Shown in pieces: positions 48,280 to 59,800 of a DNA stretch of 64,000 bases. Position 1 is the stretch's first letter. Every line of letters begins with the position of its first letter. The notes under the pieces were generated by a model that saw only the letters and a list, made by a program, of their open reading frames with translations, searched no databases and was not told the origin of the DNA. The stretch lies in the NCBI GenBank assembly GCA_976226885.1, contig OZ320321.1, positions 15,996,001 to 16,060,000 on the forward strand, written 5' to 3'. The DNA is from Iphione sp. A-MEVVRFRX5. Taxonomy: Eukaryota. Both the position numbers and the translations under genes were made by a program.

Positions 48280-50400
48280 TTGATAGTATTCAGGCCATAT
48301 CAGATTGGTACACCGGTGGGGTGTATTGACCACCTGTTTAGAATGCATGTAAAATGAGGCAACAACCTCCCAGATAATGAAACTGTGTGCATGGCTGACT
48401 GTTGCTTGTTGTCAGTTGCTAAGAATATGGACTCCTGATGCATCTCTCTGATTGGTGCACTCAGGCTGATGGTGATGTCATAATCATATGTTAGTACACA
48501 TAATAGGTTGACATAATGTTGTCAATTGTCAGAATTGCTCGGAAAATTGTGTCCATGGATTCTCATCAGGCATCTAACAGAAATATCATGGTGTCAGCAC
48601 ATTTTGTGCTAAACTTATACCACTGGGTCAAAGTCACAGCTTAATGCCATGCTGGGTTTGACCATTAAGGCTTAATCCAGAATTACCAGTATGGCGTTGT
48701 GTGGGCCACCCATGTAGCTTAACCGGACAGAACTAGACGGACAGAACTATCCTTGATTTATTTCGGCTAAAATATAGTTATTTCTGTGAAAAAAAACAAT
48801 TAGATGTCCATGTCTCTCCACTAGCATGTCAATACCCATCATACAGCCCTCCACAAAGAATCACAAACCTTTATATGAGGCAAAGAGGGAGGGTAGTTGT
48901 GGTTTAGGCACGTGAGGCATCAATGATATTGAGACCCACTGGTGCCACGCTATGCATCTAATGGATCCAATTGTATTCAATACGGTCTTGGATATTCCTG
49001 GCCTTCACACTTTGTGAATGGGCATGAATTTCCAATATAGGGATTTCCATGTCCTGTATCCCACATTGGCCTTTTGTGTTGAGAAAGTTACTCAGATACG
49101 AGTTGATCTGTTTGTATGTGATGTTCCCAAAGTGTTATTGGAAACAGTCCATTGGATTTTCATTTCATTTTATTGTGTCTTTTACCAGGAACTAAATATT
49201 CACCCTGACAGGGTTCTTCCATAACCTCCTGGGGTAGCATACTACCATCTGTTATGAGAACTGAGAGACCAGAATACCCAGGGTTGCCCCCTACTCTTAT
49301 TTCGAATAGGTTTATGGGGTCTTTTTGTGCATAGGGGACAGAATCCTATACACCCAAGTTTTTTTTACAAGTTGTGGACCACTCTCGGTTGGGGCTGCAG
49401 TAAACCTGTCTGGTCTTGATCAAGAGTCCCAGGCCCAGGATTGAACCTGCGACCTCTCAGTCAGTGGATCAGTGCTCCCTGCCCTTATATGACATTAGAA
49501 CTTTTGCAACTTACATTATATTTCGTAATTTATTCAAAGACAGTGTAGCTGCAGGTTATTCTGCCCATCTTTTTGAGCTTGGGGCAGTTTCTGCATATCA
49601 TTATTGAGCATGGGTTCTGGGGGCCCACTTTGGCAGTGGATGGGTCCCCCCTTTCCATGATCTTGGCTCTCACCAGGAGGTCTCACAGATTCTTCGGTCT
49701 CCTAGATGGTACTAGATGATCATTCTGGTAAATCTCTCTCATTGAGGATGATTTAGCCAGCAAGGAATAGTTTTTGACAATCCCTCTCAGACCATCAAAT
49801 GAAGGGTGGAAGGTGGTATCTGGAATGTTCCTAGTTTTCTCTTTGAGGGATCCCTACTATCATACCTGGCCTACTATAGGATTCTGCCACTAGTTTGGTT
49901 GGGTAACCCCTCCTTACTAAGTGTCTTCCATTATGAATGGCAGCTTTGGTGAAGTTGCTATTCTCCAAGCAGATATGTCAGATCCTGAGAAACTGACCGA
50001 ATGGTATTCCTGCTTTACATTGCTGAGGATGTGTGGAACTGTAGTGAAGGTAATAATGGGTGTCGGTTGGTTTATGATAAACATCTGTGGAGATACTTCC
50101 CCATCAGAGTTTATCATGATCTTGGTATCAAGGAAATTCACTGAGGTGACAAGAGTGTTCCCCAGTGAATTTAATGTTTGAATGATAGATGTTGAGATGG
50201 TATATGAACAAACCAGCACATGCTCACCATGTTCCCAGAGGAAAAGTACATCGTCTGTGAATCTGACCAACAAATTTGGTTGCAGGTGATATCCACAGAC
50301 ATGGATTTCCTCAGTCACTCATGAACAGATTTGCATAGGTAGGAGCAACCCTAGTTCCAACCTGTTTACAGTAAGCGAGTGTGGAAATTACATACACACT
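48280..50400 (-). mobile_element. Degenerate Penelope-like element (RT plus probable GIY-YIG-side remnants)
   Basis: Frameshifted GTRVAPTYANLFM, RFTDDVLFLWEHGE, VNFLDTKI, KPTDTHYYLHYSSTHP..CKAGIPFGQFLRI, all characteristic of PLE RT. The left boundary is weak. Confidence 0.8.
49255..49490 (-). mobile_element. tRNA-derived SINE-like repeat nested in the Penelope-like element
   Basis: Minus strand reads GGTCGCAGGTTCAATCCTGG (B box), and the body matches 8710-8895. Confidence 0.6.
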
Positions 50401-50575
50401 GGTTGATTAATCTATCATAATGATACATACTTCCCACGTCATCTTTAGTTCTGCCACTAACCTGTGGCTATAATAGTTCTTTGGTGACCCTTGAGTGACC
50501 CTGATAACCTTGATAAATGCTGAGGTATATAAATCATGATCTAGCAAGCTCGGGCTTGTTAAAGGGATGAACAGA

Positions 50576-51320
50576 TTTTTTTTTTTTTTTTTAAACTTTT
50601 ATTTAACCTGATGTCTTATACATAACAGTACTTGTAGTCAGGTTTTGTCCAACACAAATCTCTGATGATATACATTTATAATGTGATGAGATGTGATGAA
50701 TAGTAGTATTCTGCACAATCTTAATAGTCTTTCTTTTTCTCGTTAAGGACATGATTTTGTTTCAAATGACATATGTTGTGACTTATTGGCTTATAAGCCT
50801 CTATTAACCAACAGACGACGACTGCTGGTGATAAACACAGACGACGCCTGTGATTCCGCAAGCCTATGTTAAGTGCTTCTTGATGAACCCCTTGAACTCT
50901 CCCCTGGATTGGTTAATATCTACAGCTGGTAGATTGTCCCAAAGTTTGCTACCCATATAATATGGAGAGGATCGAAAGCCCTCCCTTTTCACTTTAGGTA
51001 TTTTGAAATGATACTTCCTTTCCCGTCTTGTCCTTCCGTCTCTGTTTATTTGTCCTCTCCCACTTTGCATATCAGTATACATTAGCAATAAGAGGGCATA
51101 ATCCCTTTTGGTTTTTAGGGATGGACTATTACAGAGTCGCAGACTTTCTTCCGAACCAAGACCTCTGCCTACCCCTACCCGGGCTACCCGACGATAAAGG
51201 ATATTAAGCCTGTTAAACGATTCACCCTCTATCCTACCAAGCATGGCAATTCCATACTCTATTTGAGGCATTAACATTGCTTTTATTAATGTAATTCGGG
51301 TCATTAGGCACACCCTGCAA
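50576..51320 (-). mobile_element. 3' end of a LINE with poly(A) tail
   Basis: ORF 50864-51313 (LMPQIEYG, FRSSPYYMGSKLWDNLP). On the minus strand AATAAA is followed by a poly(A) run of about 16-17 nt at 50576-50592. Confidence 0.82.
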
Positions 51321-54099
51321 TAGCAGCTAACAAAATGTTTGATCAGGCAGTGCCATAATGATATACATGTAAATTTTTAAAATGTACTACAATGAAAGGA
51401 TTACATTAAATACAATTACAGCCAAAAGGATCCTCATATCAACATTACAAGAGGCACAAAATTTCAGATCATTATTTTGTATAATATTCAAATAGGGGAA
51501 AAAGCTCTGATGTTATATTACATTTGAAAATGGGATTGCTTTTGCTTTGAAGCTGTGCACATCTGGTATGATGTGCACATCTACATTCCAGGCCCGTCTA
51601 GACTTGACTTTAGAGAAGCAGGATACTACATCTATTAAAAGCAAAGCAAAGTTTGGAGATGGCGGATTAATCTCTAAATTTTAAAGAGAGTAAGCCTTAC
51701 TTCAGATGTTCAAGACAGCAGGTCTACCTCCAACGATGCTGAGCAGCAATACTGAAAGGATATTACTGAGTGGCATCCTACAACTTTAAAAAACGTTTGC
51801 CTGGGTGACCTTTGAAATATAGTATACGAAAAAACATTCATTGTGCTTGGTCTTTCCACAGTAAATTCCACTTGCAGCAAATCATGGAATGTAAGAACAA
51901 ATGAATCTTTTACATGGCAGAAAAAGATGATATTGCAGACCTGAATATTAGGTATTGGTCCCATTAAAATCTTACTAAACTAACCACTCTCCTTTACTTT
52001 ACCATTCGTGTCTAATGTACAGAAGATATTCCAAATCCACACACTCAAAATCCAAATTTTCCGAAATCCAAACAAATTATGCTGGGATGAATTGTTTTTC
52101 TCTATTTAGCTACTCATAACCAAAACATTCAATTTCCGAATCTGAACACTGTTGTTTGGTTAAAATACATTGAAATTATATTCAAAAACTGAATCAAAGG
52201 GAAAGCTACACAGGGGATTAAGGCATAGCTAAAACTGCTTCACCTAGAATTCAAACCATTTGTAATGCTTAAAGAAGGAGGATATAATGCTTCGCCAAGA
52301 CCTGTTTTGTAAATGGCGTTCACCAGTAAATGCTTCATAATGCTGTAGCTACCAATTGAAGAGCTCGCATCTCATTCCTGGCGTTGGCTTGCATTGGCTG
52401 CTCTCCCCTAAGCTGGTTATAAATCAAAGGGAAAGCTACTGTTTGAAGAACTCGCACCTCGGCCCCGAGTCAGATCACGTTGGCTGCTCTCCCCCAAGTT
52501 CTAAATCAAAGGGAAAGTGTTGAGAGAAAGTGTTGAGGTAGGGCCTAGGGTCCTACTTTACAGACTCTTCAAAATCCAAATTTTCCGAAATCCAAGCAAT
52601 TTCAGCAGAAACAGGGATCGTTCAGATTTGGAATATCTCTGTACATAAAGATCCGTTTTCTTGTTAGTCCACAAATGTACCAATCTTTTAGTTTACTATT
52701 GGTGTTCACAGTATATATTGATCCAGTTTCTCATTAGTCCAGTGATGTAGCTATATTATTACTCTAAATATTGAAACTCAAGGCATCTTCTTTAATGTTG
52801 AATTTTACTGGAATCGATCAATGCACATCAAACATACCCATGAGCCTCCGATACATGCTGCATATACACACACCATGCTCTTGTACCTGTGAGGCCCCTT
52901 GGTCTAAAGAGTTTCCTCCCTTTATCTCAAATGGCTAATTATAAGCCCTATTTAATGATGGTATGAGGAACAAATTTATCACATTAGAAATGAATATAAC
53001 ATACTGTTCGATCAAAGACAACTTCAGTGTTTGTACAGAACTATTATAAATCTTCTCTTGGATAAATGCACCCTAATGCCCACAGCACTTATGCCATATG
53101 ACCTATTTCCTGCAGGATGATGACAGATCACATGCAAGTGACACAAAAGTGTCAGTGTAAATATAAAAAGATGTACTAAAAATAGAATTGTCAACAATCT
53201 TAGATGCATTATGCCCTTGTAAGAGCCTTTGTCATGAGTTAAAAAGCTGTTCCTCCTCTCTATAAAAAATTAAATAAGAGCTACAGTTACCCAACTTCAG
53301 AAAAGCATTATGTTTAGACAACTACAGCTGCATGTATGCCTTTTAAAAGCTGGTTATATACATGTATATGAATAAAGACCTCTCTCATAAGTTTCAGGTG
53401 TTAAGATATGAAGCAGGCATGCTTCACCATAAAACTGGTGCAGAGTTTGGCCAGTTCTCTCACATTTCATATGTTAAGACATGCTGACAACATCCCTAGC
53501 AGCAGAAACCTGCTGCTGTGTTCAGCCAGTTCTCTCACCAGTTTCATATATTAAGACATGTAGATATGTCCACCATAGTAAAAGCCTGTTGCTGAGTTTA
53601 AGAAAGAAACAGCACTATATTGATTGATCTTTCTCTAGGCTAACTGTGATCAAAGTCATAATCATTGGCCAGTTAGTTTATCAATGAAATATGAGTTGAA
53701 ATATTTAAGGTTTACAGCCTACTCATGATTTTTTAAAACTTAAATGAATCTGAAGTGCAAATGTTCATCTGCAGTTATCCTGTTCATGTTTCTACTTCAT
53801 GTCAAACTTTGACATGTACACTGATCTTGTTGACACATCTTGTTGTTGACACATCTTGTTGAGGTTATGAAGTTACAGTTTTAGGTACACTTTTATCTCG
53901 CGCATCATTTAACAATGACTCAATTAAGAAATGACAAGCTTGAAATACTTAATACATGTATCATTATTTCTTTGTAAACAGATCAAAGAATACTCCACGT
54001 TTCTTGATCATACAATACATGTACTTGGAAAAGTTTATTTACTTCCAAAATACTTTATATCTACTTACATTAAAATGACTTTTTCATTGTATTTGACCT

Positions 54100-56766
54100 T
54101 TACTGCTTGCCCTTTTCCCTTTCAACAATGATAACCTGGAAATCCTTGGGTGTGTTTCCCAGGGTTATCCCAGTTGATTCTACATGAAAATCCTCCAAGG
54201 CACATGCTGGCTTGAACTCAAAGCGGCTGAAGAGGAGGACAATGATCATGAAGAGGCTGTGGCGGGCAATAACCTCACCAATGCACTGGCGCCTGCCTAG
54301 GCTGAAGGGCATGAAGGTCTGTATCTTCTGGCGGAGTGATCCATCCTCTGCCAGGAAGCGCTCAGGTCGGAACTGGTTGGGTTCTTCCCAGTAGTCTTCA
54401 CTGTGGTGCATAGCCCAAATGTTAGGCATCACCATGGTGTCTGCAGGGATGTCATAACCTCCTATGTGGGAAAAGAAACCAACAGGTAAGTTATCAGTTT
54501 TGTATACCTTGATAGATTGCAAATTATTCAGTTGAAAAAGAGATAAATGAATACACATACATGCATATAAAATTAGAGAATGAGAGGGAATAATGGATAG
54601 GAGTAGAGGAGAGGGAGAGGTTGAGTGAGGGAAATACACTATGTCTGAAGAGTTAGTTCTGCCCTTGTAATATGAAAGCCATGTCCCTCAACTTGTTTCC
54701 ATACTCTTGAAAAGGTTATTACTAAAAAAAAACATGGCAAATTTCAATCTTTCAAATACCTCATATATTTCCATCCAAACACTCCAAAACATCTAAAAAA
54801 AACCAATGCCTCCTAGGCTTGCCTGATGGAGTTCCTACTCCATGCAGCATATGTGTTAGTCCTACAGTATGTAAAGGGGCTCCACTGATGACTCGAGCAT
54901 ATGAATATATATATAAGAAAAATTAAGACCAGAAATCTTCCAATCTTTAACAAAATGAAACACTAGAGGTGTTATCTTCTGTTGAATACAAAATGGTACA
55001 GTAAAACATCACCACTGACACTTATAACATAGTGACAGCATGGGTACTGTGTTAAATGCAGAGTATACAGATACATGTATAAACAGTGGTACTGTGCATT
55101 AAGTATGCATATGGTGCATGTAAAGTGGAGACCCTGTTAACGGACGCCCAGCCACTGTGGACAACGCTTACAGCAGACGCATTTTCTACAGTCCCAAATC
55201 AAAAACCATATAAATCATGTTTATGACAGCCCAGCCAGGGCTACCAATTCCTGAAGGAAGGTGTGAGGCAGGGGCTAGTGGTCATGGGAGAATGGTCGCA
55301 TCAGAGTGTCACAGACAATGTCGATCAGAGCTACCAACACTTGGAGGAAGGTGTAAGGGAGGCTGTTGGTGGTGACAAGAGGACTTGCAGACAGTGCTGA
55401 CCATACAGCTCTCCATTAAATTTAGCATGTTAACAACCTGGAATAAATATATCTGTACATGAGCATAGATGACTATATATCATGGTCTATGGACACTCCC
55501 CCATCATGTCCTCATGAAGGGAGAGAAAGTCAGGTATGTAAGTAGCAGTACTTAAGTTACTTAAGTAGTATATCCTCAAACGTATCATCACTGATATATT
55601 AAATAGTAAGCAAAAGGTTGTCAAGAGTTTCAAGTGCCAAGTTGTATATTCTTGAGCAGTCACACTGTCACAATCCTGTGGGACTTACTCCTAAGGTATT
55701 ATGGAACTCTGGATTTGTAGCTAGGATGCACTCTAACAAGGCATCAGTGGTCCTGGATGTAGAGGGACTGTCCAGGTTCATCATAGTGGAAGCTGGGGTC
55801 ATCAGTGTGATGGCGTGGTTGAGTGGGACATAGTGTCAGGCTTGCATGGCTCACTGAATGTTGTCGGTGGATGAACCTTTGTTGAGGGAGCTGTTCCCCC
55901 TTGCATATGGTCCTCACTGGTGCCATTGTCTGACAGGGACAGACCCTTCTCAAGCTAGTATTTGGTGGGGGGCGGGGGCTCCTGTAATGGATCTTCCTCA
56001 CCGTAGGGGGTGTTTCTCAGCAATGAGTTACCTCATTCTCGCGCCTTTCCTTGACAGATATGATGTACCTAGCCACCCTCTTTGTGAATTTATCGAGTAA
56101 TGGTGTTTTGTATGAGCATGGGATATTAGAGATGTGGGTTTCACTACCAAATGGTATTTGTCTGGGGAAAAGGTCATTATTGATAATAGCCTTAGGATAT
56201 TTAAATGTTCCAACTGTTACCCTTTTTAAAAAATATGTTCTGACAAAGAAACTTTGCACAGAGCTGATATTGCACAGAGTTTGTAATTAATTCTTTCTTC
56301 CTTTCCTTGATTAAGGCATGTTTCATGTGTAGTCTGATGAAAAATTGGTCCCCATGTGTTGACGCGGACAAGCGCTCTGCAGAGATCATCAGTTAATTGC
56401 CTCCATATGGTCTGCAAATGTCTCTTCAGCATTGCTTCCTATGGAATCCACATGCAAGATGCAGAGAAAACCCATCCCAGATGGTTTAGCATCTGCATCT
56501 GCATGCAGTTATGGAAAAATCAGTATACCTGTGAATGAGTATAATGGTAGAGCTGGGCTGGAAAAATATCCATTCCCATCTGTAGATGCAGAACAGAAAA
56601 ATCATGATACATCTGAACAGTGCTTTATGAATGCTGTCATAACAACAACAGTGTGGACCTGTGAGGTCTATTGTCCCCCGCCCTTAATGACCCATTTTAT
56701 GGTTGATTACTTGCTTGGCTGCACTGGGGGGGCCCTACACTTTCCTTGTTTTGTCAGACACAAGTG

Positions 56767-56819
<53 letters not shown>

Positions 56820-59800
56820 ATCTCTTTCTCTCTTCTTCTGTGTGTGTGTCTCCCTCTCGCTCTAACTCTCTTGTGTGTTTGTGTGTATGTGTTAGAAGTC
56901 CTTCAACCCTCAGATCTGCCTGACTGGGCACACAGAGGTCCTACCTCTGGGGGCAGGGGACAGGGGACAGGGGGCAGGGTCGGGGGGGGGGATCTGTGTC
57001 TTGATTGCACCTCCCTTGGTTAGACTGGTACACGGTGGTACTGGCAGAAGGAAGGTATTGGTGAGTGTGTGTGTGTGAGTGCATATGAGTGCAATGTCAG
57101 ACCTAGGAATCCCTAAACCAGGTATATCTGTTTGTGGATTTGTCAGCAAAGGAATAAATTGGAATAATTTCACCTTTAAAATACTTTAAGTACTACCAAA
57201 ATTACCCTGTGCCATAGGTCTATGTACCGGTGGCCCCCCTCTATCGGACCCCTCCCTTCCAGAATCATCGTATAACCGGACGGTATTTGAATAACCAAGC
57301 CCTTTTCTCTATAAATTGTACTATGTAACCGGACCCCTCCTTTCCGTATTCGGACGAAATTTAGCTGCATTTTAGAGCATTTAACATAGGAAATACACTC
57401 AGTTAACCGGACTGCTGAGAACAAAGGAAGTGTCAGAGACGCGCGAAATGGTTACATAAGAGTGACACGCGTGGTGACCTCCTAAAGGAAGAAACAACAT
57501 AGCGCAGGGAAGCACGAAATGATTACATAAGAGTGACGCGCGTGGTGACCTCCTAAGGGAAGAGACAACATAGAACAGAGAACAAAGAAATTTGAAGTAT
57601 TTTGACATTTTCTCCATGGAATATGCCTCAATCTCCATGAATTTTGCCGTTTTTTGTCAAATTCTCCTTGAAATTTGCCATTTTTGACATTTTCTCCATG
57701 GAATATGCCTCAATCTCCATGAATTTTGCCGTTTTTTGTCACATTCTCCTTGAAATTTGCCGTTTTTGACATTTTCTCCATGGAATATGCCTCAATCATG
57801 TTTTACCATTATGACAGTTTTGCCCACCAGGAGACGCATGGTGCTCGGGTCGCCATTCCGGACCCCCCTCCAACCGGACATATTTTCGCATTCCGCGACC
57901 CCTCCGGTTGAGGAGGGTCGTCGGGTACACAAATATCATACATCAAAATCAGTTTGTTTGAGTAAAGGGTTTCAGAGTTACCCACAAGGGTGTTAAGGAA
58001 GGTTGGACAGTCAGCCAGCAGCATTCCTAAGGTTCCCCCCTCTCTAAAAGGTGGGGGACATGAAGTGTCTGTTAACTATAGCAGGTAAGTGGCAACCTTG
58101 TGGCCATCTAGGAATAATCAGTAAAAATTCCTGTACTTCCAACAGTTGATCAAGTTTCATCCTAACAATTTCTTTTCAACCTGTGTGGTCTTCAGCTTCA
58201 GTTTATTTTTTTTCACCCTAACAATTGCTGAATAAGTGTGGCCTGCTTAAGATTTGCTTGACACACTTGGTTCCCACTGAAAGTGTCCCCATTCACATGG
58301 TGTTTCCCATCCTGGATCACACAATCTATGGCTAAAATATGTTGTTTCATCCAATACTGTCCCTAGACCAAAGGTGTCCAGTAATGACACTCCAATATAC
58401 AGATGTATGTCAAGAGACAAGATACCTACCTACTGAAGTGTCTGCACCAGTCGTCACAGGCATACCCATGGGAGCAGCTGTCTCAATCCGCATGATCTCA
58501 TTCAGTGAGGCTTCTACAAAAGGCAGTCGGTGACGCATTCCCAGTAGACTGTCTCCAGGCTCTTAAAAAATTAACCAGACAGCATTTATGGGTGAAGTTA
58601 AGTGATATATATATAAGATGAAAAGGAAGTAAGAAGGAAATAGAAAGAGAGACAAGAGACAGAGAAAGAGAATAAAGGAGACCACTAGAGTTGTAAACTC
58701 TCACTCAATTCAAGAACTGTTGAAGCTAGCAAAACAAAGAATTTTCATTACTCTACTGTTTCTCATAAAAATACAAAACAGGGTCTTGTCTCATATTTTT
58801 TATAAAGTGAAATGATTCTTTTATAAGCAATCAGATAAGGAGGAGTTTTATACTGAGGGTTTGGATATGACAGTGTTTAGATAATACAGTAAGCAGAAAT
58901 TCACATAGAGAACAAATCACTGATCTCATCAATGGCTGTAAATAGGAGATGTATTAAAGTGAAATAGTTCTTTTAGGATAATTCATACAAGGAGGAGTTT
59001 GTACAAAGAGGGTGCAGATAACACAGTGTTTAGATAATACAGTAAGCAGAAATTCCATGGAGAACCTACCATAGACTTCATCAATGGTAGAGTGTAGCTT
59101 CTTTTGAATCTCGGGATACTTAATCATGTATGCTATGTACCACTGAATGGTGGTGACTGTAGTGTCGAGAGCCGCTGCAGAAAGAATAATCAGGTTTAGT
59201 TTTATATGTACTTCATGAAATTAAGATCATCTATGAGGTCCTTTATAATGCATTCATTAAAACTTTTATACTGCATTCACAACTTTCACAAAATCAGTAA
59301 AAAAATATTAAGAAATAATACTGAGTGCAACAAATGGATTTAATCCCAAATTTATTACTTGGGCCACTATGGACCACAGTTGCTTACCTCCAAATACATC
59401 TGCTATGATGTTCACTATGTGCTCCTCAGAGAGCAGGCCCTTTTTGGAAGATTCCTTGATTTCTGCCTCCATTTGCTGGGCAAGAATGTAGTCCGTCAAA
59501 TCTTGCATTTGATCCTGATCTAAACAAATAATATGGAAACGATAATCTAGTAACCAAGGAAATGTCATTTTTTTAAAAAAGTTGGCTGGATCTAAGGCCC
59601 CCTAGTGAAAAAATCTTTTGATTTCTGCCTCCATTTGCTAGATGAGAATCTAGTCTGTCAAATCTATTGTTTGATCCTGATCTAAAAATGCAACATGGAA
59701 ACGATAATCTGGTATCATGGCTATATCACTGAAAAAAATAAAACTGCCTGAATCTAGTGCCCATAAAGTCTAAATGAAGATAATTTTAAAACTGTTAAGC

